A stretch of 64,000 nt of DNA from Actinomycetota bacterium (lineage in GTDB: Bacteria > Actinomycetota > UBA4738 > HRBIN12): NCBI GenBank assembly GCA_046729855.1, contig JBKPHM010000047.1, positions 88,125 through 152,124 on the forward strand, read 5' to 3'. The notes under the pieces were generated by a model that worked only from the letters and a program-made list of their open reading frames with translations, made no database searches and had not been told where the DNA came from. This document shows positions 37,966 to 47,953 of this stretch, in pieces; within the stretch, counting starts at the first letter, position 1, and each line of letters opens with the position of its first letter. Both the position numbers and the translations under genes were made by a program.

Positions 37966-38886
37966 TTACGCTGTGCTCGGGCGGGGCATGAGACCGGCCT
38001 GGTCCAGAACGCGACGGACGCTCGCTTCCCTCCCGAGCCCCATGACGTGGACCCCCGCGACTCCCTCGGTCGCAGCGAGGGCGCGGACCACCTCGACGGC
38101 GATCCGGACGCCGACGGCGGGCGCGTCGGGCCCGGCGGACCCGAGCTCGTCGACGATCTCGGACGGCACGACCACGCCCGGTAGGTGGTCGTTCACGAAC
38201 CGGGCCTGTTCCGCGCTCGTGAGCGGCGCGACGCCGGCGATCAGCGCGGCGCGCTCGTGGATCCCTCGGGCGCGGACGGCCTCGGCCCACGTGGCGAACG
38301 CCTTGACGTCGTACACGATCTGGGTCTGGACGAATGCGGCGCCGGCGTCGAGCTTCGCCTCGAGCCGGCCTGGGTCGTACGGCTCCGCGAGCGGCGAATC
38401 CGCGACCCCGACGAGGTAGCGCGGCGCCGCGTCCACCTCGCGGCCGGACAGGAGCCGGCCCTCCGCCCGCAGGCGGGCCGCCAACCGGACGAGTTCGAGG
38501 ACGCCGAGATCCCGGATCTCGGCGGCGTCCGGATGGTCGCCCCGCGCGACGGGGTCGCCCGTGAGGCAGAGCACGTTCCGGGCGCCGAGTGCCCACGCGC
38601 CGAGCAGGTCGGACGTGAGCGCGAGCCGGTTCCGGTCGCGGACGGTGAGCTGCAGCGTGGGCTCGACGCCGGCGCGGGCCGCCGCGGCGACGCCCGCGAG
38701 CGGCGACATGTGCGCGGAGGCCGCCGGGTTGTCGGTGACGTTGACCGCGTCGGCGTAGCCGACCAGCTCCCTGGCCTGGCGGAACACCGCGTCGACGTCG
38801 GCGGACCGCGGCGGTACGATCTCGGCGGTGACGCAGAACGCCCCGGACGCAAGGATCCGCTCGAGCCGACCGACCGGCTCGCTCAA
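37966..38886 (-). CDS. metF: Methylenetetrahydrofolate reductase
   Basis: TTG start overlaps the folD stop (TTGA). FCVTAEIVPPR, VNVTDNP, LCLTGD, FVQTQIVYD. Confidence 0.85.
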   Translation of the reverse strand: MSEPVGRLERILASGAFCVTAEIVPPRSADVDAVFRQARELVGYADAVNVTDNPAASAHMSPLAGVAAAARAGVEPTLQLTVRDRNRLALTSDLLGAWALGARNVLCLTGDPVARGDHPDAAEIRDLGVLELVRLAARLRAEGRLLSGREVDAAPRYLVGVADSPLAEPYDPGRLEAKLDAGAAFVQTQIVYDVKAFATWAEAVRARGIHERAALIAGVAPLTSAEQARFVNDHLPGVVVPSEIVDELGSAGPDAPAVGVRIAVEVVRALAATEGVAGVHVMGLGREASVRRVLDQAGLMPRPSTA

Positions 38887-39749
38887 CGGCGGTCGGCGAG
38901 CGCCTCGGCCGCGGTGACGGTGTTGAGCAACAGCATTGCGGTGGTCATCGGGCCCACGCCACCGGGGACGGGCGTGATCGCACCGGCGACCTCCTTCACC
39001 TCGTCGAAGCGAACGTCGCCCACGAGCCCGCTGTCCGTGCGATGGACGCCCACGTCGATCACGACTGCGCCGGGCTTCACCATGTCGGCCGTCACGAGCT
39101 CCGGGACGCCGGCGGCGGCGATCAGGACGTCGGCCTGCCGTGTGTGCGCGGCGAGGTCGCGGGTGCGGACGTGGCAGATCGTCACGGTCGCGTTCCCCCG
39201 GATCGAGTCCTGCGCGAGCATGATCGACAGCGGCGCGCCGACCAGCTCCCCGTAGCCGACCACGACGACCTCCGCTCCATCGAGCTGCACACCGGACCGC
39301 AGCAGGAGCTCGACGATGCCGTACGCCGTCGCCGGCGGGAACGCCGGGTCGCCGCGGACCATCAGGCCGACGTTCAGCGGGTGGAGCCCGTCGACGTCCT
39401 TCGCCGGGTCGATCGTCGTCTGAACCGCCAGCTCCGAGATGTGCTTGGGGATCGGCAGCTGGACGATGATCCCGTGGATCTCCGGGTCCCGGTTCAACCG
39501 CCTGAGGATCGCGAGCAGCTCGCCCTCGGTGACGTACCCCGGCAGGTCGATCTGCTCGGACCGCATTCCGACGTCCGCACACGCCTTGTGCTTGGCTCCG
39601 AGGTAGATTCGGCTCCCCTCGTCGTCCCCGACGAGCACCGCGGCGAGGCCGGGGGTCACGCCGCGCTCGCACAGCGCCTTGACGCGATCGGCAACCTCGG
39701 CCCGGATCTGCGAGGCGATGGCTTTGCCGTCGATCACGGTGCCCGTCAC
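38883..39749 (-). CDS. folD: Bifunctional methylenetetrahydrofolate dehydrogenase/cyclohydrolase
   Basis: GKAIASQIR, PGLAAVLVGDDEGSRIY, VQLPIP, TPVPGGVGPMT. Confidence 0.92.
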   Translation of the reverse strand: MTGTVIDGKAIASQIRAEVADRVKALCERGVTPGLAAVLVGDDEGSRIYLGAKHKACADVGMRSEQIDLPGYVTEGELLAILRRLNRDPEIHGIIVQLPIPKHISELAVQTTIDPAKDVDGLHPLNVGLMVRGDPAFPPATAYGIVELLLRSGVQLDGAEVVVVGYGELVGAPLSIMLAQDSIRGNATVTICHVRTRDLAAHTRQADVLIAAAGVPELVTADMVKPGAVVIDVGVHRTDSGLVGDVRFDEVKEVAGAITPVPGGVGPMTTAMLLLNTVTAAEALADRR

Positions 39750-39805
39750 GCGCGCATCCTACCTGCGAAGATGCCGGCGCGCGCGGAAACGCGCAGGTCG
39801 GCGAC

Positions 39806-41362
39806 TCAATGACGGAAGTGGCGGCGCCCGGTGACGATGACCGCCATCCCCCGCGACTCGGCCACGGCCAGGACCTCGTCGTCGCGGACCGAACCGCCCG
39901 GATGGACGATGGCCGTAACGCCGGCGTCGGCGGCGACCTCCACGGCATCGGGGAACGGGAAGAACGCGTCGCTGGCGGCCACGGCGCCCTTGGCCCTGTC
40001 GCCCGCCTTGTGGGCCGCGAGGAACGCGGCGTCGACACGAGACATCTGTCCCGCGCCGATCCCGACCGTCGCTCCGTCGCGCGCCAGGACGATCGCATTC
40101 GATCGGATCCGTGCCGCAACGGACCAGGCGAGCGTCAGATCCCGCCACTCGCGCTCGTCCGGCGCGCGCGATGAAACGACCCGCCAGTCCTCGGGGCGCT
40201 CGGTCACGACGTCGCGCTCCTGCACGAGCGCGCCGCCGCGGATCGGGCGGATCTCGATGCCGGTCGGCAGCGCCAGCGGTGCCTGCACGACGCGGAGGTT
40301 CGTGCGGGCGGCGAACGCCTCGAGCGCCTCGTCCGTGAACGAGGGCGCGATCACGACCTCCGTGAAGACGTCCGCCATCGCCTCCGCGGCCGCGCGCTCC
40401 GCCTCCGCATTGAACGCGACGATGCCTCCGAAGGCCGAGACGGTGTCGCACTCGAACGCCCGCCCGTAGGCGTCGGCGAGCGAGGACCCGAGCGCCACCC
40501 CGCACGGGTTGTTGTGTTTCACGATCACCGCAGCCGTCGCCCTCAGCTCGGCGACCAGCCCGTACGCCGAGTCGGCGTCGAGCCAGTTGTTGAAGGACAT
40601 CTCCTTGCCCTGGAGCACACGGGCTCCTCCCAGGACGCCGCCGTCGGAGATCTCCTCGAACAGCGCCGCGCGCTGGTGCGGGTTCTCGCCGTACCGCAGC
40701 GGACCGGCGTAGGACAGCGCCAGGCCGACGAAGCGGGGGAACGCGTCGGGGCCCGTCGCGCGCTCGGCGAACCACGCCGCGACCGCCGCGTCGTACGCCG
40801 TCGTGTGTGCGAACGCCTCGGCCGCGAGCTCCAGCCGTGTGCTGCGCGAGAGCCCGCCGCCCCGGCGCAGCTCCTCAACCACGAAGCCGTACCGGCCCGG
40901 GTCGACGACGACCGCGACCGACTCGAAGTTCTTGGCCGCCGCTCGAACCATCGCGGGCCCGCCGATGTCGATCTTTTCGATCACGTCGTCGAACGCCGCG
41001 CCGGCGGCGACGGTCATGCGGAACGGGTACAGGTTCACGACCACGAGGTCGAACGGCTCGATCGCGTGAGCCGTGAGCTGCTCGACGTGTTCGGCCTTGC
41101 GACGATCGGCGAGAATCCCGGCATGGATCCTTGGATGGAGCGTCTTCACGCGACCGTCGAGTATCTCGGGGAAGCCGGTCACGTCCTCGACGGGCGTGAC
41201 GTCGAGTCCGGCGTCACGCAGCGTGCGGGCTGTCCCGCCGGAGGAAACGAGCGACACACCGAGATCGAGGAGCGCCCGGGCCAGGTCGACGACGCCCGTC
41301 TTGTCGTACACGGCGAGCAGCGCTCGGCGGACGGGCCGATCGACAGGCTGGCGGTCAGCCAC
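39806..41362 (-). CDS. purH: Bifunctional AICAR transformylase / IMP cyclohydrolase
   Basis: RALLAVYDKTG, VKTLHPRIHAGIL, NLYPF, IVKHNNPCG, QPGGS-type HPGGSVRD. Confidence 0.95.
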   Translation of the reverse strand: MADRQPVDRPVRRALLAVYDKTGVVDLARALLDLGVSLVSSGGTARTLRDAGLDVTPVEDVTGFPEILDGRVKTLHPRIHAGILADRRKAEHVEQLTAHAIEPFDLVVVNLYPFRMTVAAGAAFDDVIEKIDIGGPAMVRAAAKNFESVAVVVDPGRYGFVVEELRRGGGLSRSTRLELAAEAFAHTTAYDAAVAAWFAERATGPDAFPRFVGLALSYAGPLRYGENPHQRAALFEEISDGGVLGGARVLQGKEMSFNNWLDADSAYGLVAELRATAAVIVKHNNPCGVALGSSLADAYGRAFECDTVSAFGGIVAFNAEAERAAAEAMADVFTEVVIAPSFTDEALEAFAARTNLRVVQAPLALPTGIEIRPIRGGALVQERDVVTERPEDWRVVSSRAPDEREWRDLTLAWSVAARIRSNAIVLARDGATVGIGAGQMSRVDAAFLAAHKAGDRAKGAVAASDAFFPFPDAVEVAADAGVTAIVHPGGSVRDDEVLAVAESRGMAVIVTGRRHFRH

Positions 41363-41960
41363 CCGGGTCGCCGATCACGTGCACGGTGCGGCCGTCGACC
41401 TTGATCCGCCCCTCCACGAGGGCGATCACGGCCGTCGGCAGCAGTCGATGCTCGACCTCGTGGATCCTCGGCTCGAGCGTGTCCCAGACGTCGTCGTCGC
41501 GGATCGCGACCGGCTCCTGGTACACGATCGGGCCGTGGTCGACCTGCTCGTCGACCAGATGCACCGTGACGCCGGTGACCTTCGCGCCATGCGCGAGCGC
41601 ATCGGCCACCGCCCGACCGCCGGGGAAGGCCGGCAGCAGCGACGGATGGACGTTCAGGATCCGGTCCTCGAACGTCCGCACGAACCTCGGCCCCACGATC
41701 CGCATGAAGCCGGCCAGGACGACCGTGTCGATGCCGTGCTCGCGGAGCAGCTCGGCGAGCGGCTCGTCCATCGCCCTTGGGGAGGACGCGTCGTACAGCG
41801 TGATCGTCGGGACCGCGGCGCGGCGCGCGCGTTCGAGGGCGAACGCGTCCGGCCGGTCCGAGACCGCGAGCGCGATCCACGGTCGGACCGTTGGGTCGTC
41901 GAGGAGCGCTTGGAGGTTCGTACCGTTGCCCGACGCGAGGACCGCGATCCGCGCATCCAT
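41355..41960 (-). CDS. purN: Phosphoribosylglycinamide formyltransferase
   Basis: ATG at 41960. IAVLASGNGTNLQAL, LAGFMRI, ILNVHPSLLPAFPG, VHLVDEQVDHGPI. The 3' end overlaps the purH start by 8 nt. Confidence 0.9.
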   Translation of the reverse strand: MDARIAVLASGNGTNLQALLDDPTVRPWIALAVSDRPDAFALERARRAAVPTITLYDASSPRAMDEPLAELLREHGIDTVVLAGFMRIVGPRFVRTFEDRILNVHPSLLPAFPGGRAVADALAHGAKVTGVTVHLVDEQVDHGPIVYQEPVAIRDDDVWDTLEPRIHEVEHRLLPTAVIALVEGRIKVDGRTVHVIGDPGG

Positions 41961-42036
41961 CGCGCGCACCGTACCAGACGTGCTTCCGCCGGCTACGGTG
42001 GGGACGTGGAACGGCCGACGGAACCGACGACGGAAC

Positions 42037-42190
42037 GCGTCCACGCCGTGGTGTTCGACCTCGGCGGCGTCCTGGTGTCGCTCGACGGGATCCTGATCTC
42101 GGCCGACGCGGGCGTCGCCAAGCCGGACAGGAGGATCTTCGACGCGTTCGTGCGTCGCTTCGACGTACGGCCGTCGCTCCGTGACGAGGG
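42037..42190 (+). pseudogene. Degenerate, internally deleted HAD-hydrolase remnant (in frame with the downstream gene)
   Basis: HAVVFDLGGVLV is a motif I with the second Asp lost. It is followed directly by ISADAGVAKPDRRIFDAFV (motif III Lys region). About 100 aa of core and motif IV are missing. Confidence 0.35.
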
Positions 42191-42236
42191 GGTGTTTGTG
42201 ACGGGACGGCCGCGGCTCGGCGATAAGCTGCGCGCC

Positions 42237-42824
42237 GTGCCCGTGGAGGAACGGAGTGGCCGAGCCGACCGATGCACGCAGCACGCCGGGACGGTGTCCG
42301 TCGCGAGCTGCGACGGGTGCGGCCGTGCACTGTGCCTCGCCTGCGCGATCCCGGTCCGCGGCCTTGTCCTGGGATCCGAGTGCCTCGCGCAGGTCCTTGG
42401 GGAGGAGGCACCACCCGACGAGCCTACGACCACCAAGCGGGTGGGTACGACGACGTTCGCCTTCGTCGTGGCGTCGCTCGCGACGCTCCCGCCGTGGACG
42501 ACCCTCGGTCGCGGGTCGGGGCCGTTCGGCGCGTGGAGCACGTCCCCGCGGTGGTCGCTGCTCGCGGCGGTCGCGGCGATCGTCGGGCTGGTCATCGCCG
42601 CCGCCGGCCGGCGGTTCGCCCTCGAGGGCCGCGTCTCTGCCGTCGCGTTTGCGATCCTCGGCCTCGCCGTCGTCGTTGGCTCGGTGCTCGCGTGGTTCCG
42701 GCCGCCGTTCCCGGCGGACTCGGTCCTGACCCCTTGGGCCGCGGCGGCGGCGGGGGCCGTGGCCGCGATCTCTGCGGCCCTCGAGCTACGCCCTCGAGCT
42801 GCGCAAACACGCTCCCGCACGTAG
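42237..42824 (+). CDS. Hypothetical membrane protein with N-terminal CxxC..CxxC zinc-finger
   Basis: GTG at 42237, but the start is uncertain because the frame is open from upstream. SCDGCGRALCLACAIP is followed by about four TM helices. Confidence 0.45.
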   Translation: MPVEERSGRADRCTQHAGTVSVASCDGCGRALCLACAIPVRGLVLGSECLAQVLGEEAPPDEPTTTKRVGTTTFAFVVASLATLPPWTTLGRGSGPFGAWSTSPRWSLLAAVAAIVGLVIAAAGRRFALEGRVSAVAFAILGLAVVVGSVLAWFRPPFPADSVLTPWAAAAAGAVAAISAALELRPRAAQTRSRT

Positions 42825-42894
42825 TTGACTCCCCCCCACCCCAGGTATTCGATAGCCGAGGCTTGCGACCTCGCGTCTCGCGAAAGGGGAACGG

Positions 42895-43380
42895 ATGGCG
42901 CAGACTCCCGCGTTCGGCATGTCCCGGATGTCGACCGCGAGCAGGATCCTCCTCGGCGCCGGGAGCCTCCTGCTGATCGACTCGTTTTTCACGTGGGAGC
43001 GTGTCTGTCCCGAGCTCGCCGGCCTCGAGCTGGAGTGCGTCGACAGCGCCAACATGTGGGGCGGCTCGGGTCAGTTCTTCGGGATCCTCGCGGGGCTCGT
43101 GCTCGTGCTCATGCTCGCGTGGGAGGGGCTGCAGGTCGCCGGGGTCGCGGTGAACATCGCGATGGACGCGTCCAAGCTGAGCGCGTTCCTCGGGTTCGGT
43201 GTCCTGATCCTCGCCTTCGTGAAGTTCATCTTCGTGTTGCCCGACACGACGCTGTGGTCGTGGCTCGGGCTGCTCCTCACGCTCGCGATCGGGTACGGCG
43301 CCTGGATGCGGTTCCAGGAACCCGCGGCGGCAGCCCCGCCGCCCCCGCCGCCCGCGATCAACGACGGGGCCAGCACCTGA
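42895..43380 (+). CDS. Hypothetical integral membrane protein (4 TM, Pro-rich tail)
   Basis: ATG start, coding-like GC3, TM helices, C-terminal AAAAPPPPPPA. Confidence 0.55.
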   Translation: MAQTPAFGMSRMSTASRILLGAGSLLLIDSFFTWERVCPELAGLELECVDSANMWGGSGQFFGILAGLVLVLMLAWEGLQVAGVAVNIAMDASKLSAFLGFGVLILAFVKFIFVLPDTTLWSWLGLLLTLAIGYGAWMRFQEPAAAAPPPPPPAINDGAST

Positions 43381-43425
43381 TCCGCTGCGACCGGTTCCAC
43401 GTCGCGCGGCCACGCTGAGCGATCG

Positions 43426-44040
43426 ATGAAGACCTGTACGAGCTGTGGCAGCGCCAACGGCGACGGATCGGTGTCGTGCCAGTGGTGCGGCGCGACGCTG
43501 CCGGCGACGGAGCCGGGAGCGGCATCGAAGGATGCACCCCTCCCGGCGCCGCCCGGCTGGGCGGGGCCCTTGCAGCAGTACACGCACTCCGGCGTCCGGT
43601 ACCTGCTCGGCTACACCCCGTCCTCGTTCGGGATCTGGGACCGCGAGCGACCGGAGGCTCCCGTCGAGACGTTCCCCCGAACGGATGAGGGCTGGCGCGC
43701 CGCCTGGCTCCGGTACTCCGCGCTCGAGCCGACGAACGTCGACGTGGGGCTCGGCGTGGGCGTCCCCGGAGCCGGAGCGACCGTCGCGACGCACCCCACG
43801 GGGGATGTGCCGCGACCGCCACCGGGGTGGCCGACGCGCACGCGCACGCGCGGCACCGTGAGCGGGTGGTGGTGGATCCTGCCGATCGTCATGGGATGGC
43901 TCGGCGGGTTGATCGCCTGGCTCGTCGTCCGCGATGACGATCCGCAGACGGCGCGTTGGATGCTGATCTTGGGGGTCGCGATCACCGTCGTGGGCTCCCT
44001 GCTCGTCATCCTGCCGTATGCGTCGCTCACCTCGCCCTGA
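43426..44040 (+). CDS. Zn-ribbon membrane protein (hypothetical)
   Basis: N-terminal CTSCG...CQWCG, a central GYTPSSFGIWDRE...EGWRAAWLRY module, and two C-terminal TM helices. Confidence 0.6.
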   Translation: MKTCTSCGSANGDGSVSCQWCGATLPATEPGAASKDAPLPAPPGWAGPLQQYTHSGVRYLLGYTPSSFGIWDRERPEAPVETFPRTDEGWRAAWLRYSALEPTNVDVGLGVGVPGAGATVATHPTGDVPRPPPGWPTRTRTRGTVSGWWWILPIVMGWLGGLIAWLVVRDDDPQTARWMLILGVAITVVGSLLVILPYASLTSP

Positions 44041-45259
44041 ACCGCCACAGGGCCCCGAGCGCGCCGCCCACGATGCCCCACGCGAGCGCGAGGAGAGTCG
44101 CACCCGACAGGTCGGGTCCCGCCGCGAGCGAGATCCCCTCACCGGTCGCGGCCGAGGCCTCCCACGCGATCGTCGACAGAAACGCGCCGGCGACGACGAG
44201 CCCCGCGAAGGCGATCCCGGTCGCCGACCCGAGCGCGAGCGCCTCGACGAGGGACCGCGCAATCTCGGCTGCGCGCCGTCCGCCAAACAGCGTCGCGAGG
44301 CCCGGCACGAGCAGGAACAGCACGTACCAGCGCGGCAACGGTTCCGCGCGCACGAGCGGCGCACCGGCCGCGCCGCTCGGGACCCCGACACCGATCTCGG
44401 TGACCGTCTCGCCGTAACTCACGAGCGTCTGCTCACTCCCGTCGAACCGCAACTCGTCCGAGCCGCCCATCGCGGGGACGAGCACCCAGATCGATTGGTT
44501 CGGTAACGCGAGGACGTGGTGCCCGATCAGGATCGCCGTGCCGGTGTAGCTCGGCTGTGCGACCGCATCGAAGTACGCGCGTGCGGCCGCCGGGTCGGCG
44601 CCCGCGTTCACCAACAGGCCGACGAAGGCGAGGAGCAGCGCGACCCAAAACGCGCGCACGCCCCCCGCGACGGCGGCGTAGAGGCGCCGGACGGCGCGCA
44701 GCTCGGGACGCCGGACGGCGGCCACCGCGCCGACGATCACCGGCACGACGGCGATCGCGAACGTCAGGATCAGGGTCGCGCCCTCGTCCGCGGACACGTC
44801 GACGGGTCCCCCAAAGATCACCGCCGCGGGGGCCAGCGCGACGTGAGTCTGGACGACGAGCGAGAGCAGATACGACAGCGCGGCGTACGGGACGGCAACC
44901 AGGACCGCGACGGCGACCCTCCGTGCGTCCGATCCCAACGCCTCGCGTGCCACCGCACGGCCGGCGCCGTACAGCCACCAGACCGCCGCGAGCGTCGGAA
45001 GCAGGAGCGGGACCGTCACGCGGCTCGCAGCCGCGATGCCGGGCTCGGCGACGGCGACGTCCAGCGGGATCGCGTGGAACGAGGCGACGTAGAGCCACCC
45101 GAGCTGCGCGTGCTCGAGGATCGAGCCCTCGCCGCCACGCGCGACGAAGATCGCCAGGGCGATCAGCTCCCCGATCGCGAGCACGACGACGAACACGAAC
45201 GCGCCGAGCCGCAGCGCGTGGACGGTGGCCGAGCGACGCGGGCGTAGCCCGATGTTCAC
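44027..45259 (-). CDS. Polytopic integral membrane protein (hypothetical)
   Basis: GTG at 45259 overlaps the sucD stop (GTGA). About 10 or more hydrophobic segments. Last gene of the sucCD operon. Confidence 0.6.
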   Translation of the reverse strand: MNIGLRPRRSATVHALRLGAFVFVVVLAIGELIALAIFVARGGEGSILEHAQLGWLYVASFHAIPLDVAVAEPGIAAASRVTVPLLLPTLAAVWWLYGAGRAVAREALGSDARRVAVAVLVAVPYAALSYLLSLVVQTHVALAPAAVIFGGPVDVSADEGATLILTFAIAVVPVIVGAVAAVRRPELRAVRRLYAAVAGGVRAFWVALLLAFVGLLVNAGADPAAARAYFDAVAQPSYTGTAILIGHHVLALPNQSIWVLVPAMGGSDELRFDGSEQTLVSYGETVTEIGVGVPSGAAGAPLVRAEPLPRWYVLFLLVPGLATLFGGRRAAEIARSLVEALALGSATGIAFAGLVVAGAFLSTIAWEASAATGEGISLAAGPDLSGATLLALAWGIVGGALGALWRFRAR

Positions 45260-46125
45260 GTGAGCGCCGCCCCGACGAGCTCGGCGACGTCGGTCGGCGT
45301 GCGGCCGACCGGCACGCCGGCGCCCTCGAGCGCTTCCGACTTCGCCTGCGCGGTTCCCGACGAGCCCGTGACGATCGCGCCCGCGTGGCCCATCCGCTTG
45401 CCAGGCGGTGCCGTGAACCCCGCGATATACCCGATCACGGGCTTCGAGACGCGCTCGCGGACGAACGCGGCCGCACGCTCTTCGTCGTCGCCACCGATCT
45501 CGCCGATCATGACCACGAGATCCGTTTCGGGATCGCGTTCGAACCGCTCGAGCGCGTCGACGAAGCCGACACCGTGGACCGGATCGCCGCCCATGCCGAC
45601 GCACGTCGACTGCCCGATGCCGCGCTGTGTCAGCTCGTGCACGATCTGGTACGTGAGCGTGCCGGAACGCGAGACCAGACCGACCCGACCCGACGCGCAG
45701 ATCTCACCGGGGATGATCCCGACGTTCGACGTCCCCGGCGAGATGACGCCGGGGCAGTTCGGGCCGATCAGCGTCGACGGTTTGCCTCGCAGGTAGCTCG
45801 CCACGCGCGCCATGTCGCGTACGGGGATGCCCTCGGTGATACAGACGATCACGCGCAGCTCCGAGTCGGCGGCCTCGTAGATCGCCTCGGGCGCGAACCG
45901 AGCCGGCACGAAGATCAGCGACGTGTTCGCGTCCGTCGCCTCGACGGCGTCGGCGATCGTGTCGAACACGGGGATCCCCTCGACGTCCTGCCCGGCCTTG
46001 CCTGGCGTCACGCCGGCGACGACCTGCGTGCCGTACGCGCGATTGCGCAGGCCGTGGAAGGCCCCCTCACGGCCCGTGATGCCCGAGACGACGACCTTCG
46101 TCGTGCCGTCGACGAAGACCGCCAT
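45256..46125 (-). CDS. sucD: Succinate--CoA ligase alpha subunit
   Basis: ATG overlaps the sucC stop (ATGA). [25 protein letters not shown]-type GMGGDPV, and the phosphohistidine region MGHAGAIV. Confidence 0.95.
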   Translation of the reverse strand: MAVFVDGTTKVVVSGITGREGAFHGLRNRAYGTQVVAGVTPGKAGQDVEGIPVFDTIADAVEATDANTSLIFVPARFAPEAIYEAADSELRVIVCITEGIPVRDMARVASYLRGKPSTLIGPNCPGVISPGTSNVGIIPGEICASGRVGLVSRSGTLTYQIVHELTQRGIGQSTCVGMGGDPVHGVGFVDALERFERDPETDLVVMIGEIGGDDEERAAAFVRERVSKPVIGYIAGFTAPPGKRMGHAGAIVTGSSGTAQAKSEALEGAGVPVGRTPTDVAELVGAALT

Positions 46126-47270
46126 CAGGCGGCTCCGTCGTGCGCGAGCTGCGCGGCGCGCTGCGCGGCCTGGAGCATCGTGGTCGTCGACACGATCCTC
46201 GGGTGGCGCGCCTCCTCGAGGATTTTCCGCCCTTCCGCGGCGTTCGTCCCGTCGAGCCGCACGACGATGTCGACGGTCGGCGTGACCCGCTCGAGCGCCG
46301 CGAGCATGCCCTCCGCGACCAGGTCGCATCGCGTGATGCCGCCGAAGATGTTCACGAGCACCGAGCGCACGCTCGGGTCGGAGAGGATCACCTCGAGCGA
46401 GGTCGCCATCAGGTCCGCGCTCGCCCCGCCGCCGACGTCGAGGAAATTCGCGGCGCGCGCGCCGGCCTGCTGCACGACGTCCAACGTGGCCATCACCAGC
46501 CCAGCGCCGTTGCCGATGACGCCGACCTCGCCGTCGAGCTTGACGTACTGCAGACCGGCCTCGCGCGCTCGGGACTCGACCGGGTCGATCGGGAACGAGG
46601 ACCTCAGCATCTCGATCTCGGGCCGGCGGAACAGGGCGTTGTCGTCGATCGCGACCTTCGCGTCGAGCGCCACGACCCGGCCGTCCTCGAGCTCGACGAG
46701 CGGGTTCACCTCGACGAGCGTCGCGTCCTCCTCGGTGAGCACCTCGTACAGCCGGGCGAGCACGTCCTGGGCGGCATCGCGCGTCTCCGGCGGAAGCCCG
46801 CCGGTCAGCCGGCGGAGGTGGTACGGGCGCAGGCCGATCTGCGGGTCGATGTGCAGGCGCCGGAGTGCCTCGGGCTTCGTTCGCGCGAGCTCCTCGACGT
46901 CGACCCCGCCCTCGGCGGCCACCATCGCCAGGTCGGTGCCCGTCGACCGGTCGAGCAGGATCGCGGCATAGAACTCGCGCCGGATCGGCAGCCGCTCCTC
47001 CACGAGGACGCGGTTGACGGTGCGGCCCTTGAAGCCCTCGGCGAGCATCCGCGTCGCGGCCTCCTCGGCCGCGTCGGGGGAGTCGACCAGGACGATCCCG
47101 CCGCCCTTGCCCCGCCCGCCGACCTGGACCTGGACCTTGACCACCGCGGAGCCGCCGAGGTCCTGACACGCTGCGCGCGCTGCGTCGGCGGATGCCGCGA
47201 CGATCCCTCTGGGGACCGGGATTCCGCGTCTGCCGAAGAGCTCCTTGCCCTGGTACTCGTAGAGATCCAC
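46125..47270 (-). CDS. sucC: Succinate--CoA ligase beta subunit
   Basis: GTG at 47270. [48 protein letters not shown]. Confidence 0.92.
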   Translation of the reverse strand: MDLYEYQGKELFGRRGIPVPRGIVAASADAARAACQDLGGSAVVKVQVQVGGRGKGGGIVLVDSPDAAEEAATRMLAEGFKGRTVNRVLVEERLPIRREFYAAILLDRSTGTDLAMVAAEGGVDVEELARTKPEALRRLHIDPQIGLRPYHLRRLTGGLPPETRDAAQDVLARLYEVLTEEDATLVEVNPLVELEDGRVVALDAKVAIDDNALFRRPEIEMLRSSFPIDPVESRAREAGLQYVKLDGEVGVIGNGAGLVMATLDVVQQAGARAANFLDVGGGASADLMATSLEVILSDPSVRSVLVNIFGGITRCDLVAEGMLAALERVTPTVDIVVRLDGTNAAEGRKILEEARHPRIVSTTTMLQAAQRAAQLAHDGAA

Positions 47271-47698
47271 TACGAGGCCGGCTCCGCACCCAGTCGGTCG
47301 TTCAGCCAGGCGACGATCTCGCCGGTGGTGGCGCCCGGCGTGAAGATCCGCTCGACGCCCGCTTCGGCGAGCTTGGGGACGTCGTCGCGGGGGATGATCC
47401 CACCGCCGAACACGACCACGTCGCTCGCTCCGCGTTCGTGAAGCAAGCGGACGACCTTGGGAAAGAGCGTCATGTGGGCGCCCGAGTGGCACGAGAGGCC
47501 GACGGCGTCGGCGTCCTCCTGGATCGCGGCCTCCGCGATCTGCTCGGGCGTCTGGTGCAGGCCGGTGTAGATGACCTCGAACCCGGCGTCGCGGAGCGCC
47601 CGAGCCACGACCTTGGCGCCCCGGTCGTGGCCGTCGAGGCCGGGCTTCGCGACCACGATGCGGTGCTTGCCCTGCTTGGGTTGCTTCGTCTGCGCCAT
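47270..47698 (-). CDS. Methylmalonyl-CoA mutase small subunit (cobalamin-binding domain)
   Basis: [25 protein letters not shown] carries the DxHxxG B12-binding motif. 142 aa. The stop shares 1 nt with the sucC start. Confidence 0.9.
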   Translation of the reverse strand: MAQTKQPKQGKHRIVVAKPGLDGHDRGAKVVARALRDAGFEVIYTGLHQTPEQIAEAAIQEDADAVGLSCHSGAHMTLFPKVVRLLHERGASDVVVFGGGIIPRDDVPKLAEAGVERIFTPGATTGEIVAWLNDRLGAEPAS

Positions 47699-47762
47699 GC
47701 GGCGCCCAGTCTAGCGAGCGTCCGTTGGCGCCCCTGCGGACGGTGGCTGACATACTCGAACC

Positions 47763-47927
47763 ATGGCGAGGAAGCGCTTGCGGTTCCGCCCGCCGGGCCT
47801 GAAGCCGACGACGAAGGTGGGAACGCTCGGGCCGTACCGAGGTCGGCTCGGGCTGGCGTGGGTGATCGCGCCGCTCGTCGCCGGCGTGGTGATCCTGGTG
47901 GCCGGCGCGATCGCGTTGCTGCGCTGA
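47763..47927 (+). CDS. Possible small (54 aa) single-TM protein
   Basis: ATG ORF below the track cut-off: MARKRLRFRPPGLKPTTKVGTLGPYRGRLGLAWVIAPLVAGVVILVAGAIALLR. Basic N-terminus plus one TM helix, located upstream of ldhA. Confidence 0.3.
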   Translation: MARKRLRFRPPGLKPTTKVGTLGPYRGRLGLAWVIAPLVAGVVILVAGAIALLR

Positions 47928-47953
47928 AGGGCGGTGCTGGGGAAGGAGCTCTC

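Noticed and set aside
39750-42100. ZTP (pfl) riboswitch upstream of purN, purH or folD
   Set aside because: These genes are classic ZTP-regulated targets. I find no GGGTCGTGACTGGCG-like 5' module or CCGCCTGGGC 3' module in the 56-nt purH-folD spacer or upstream of purN.
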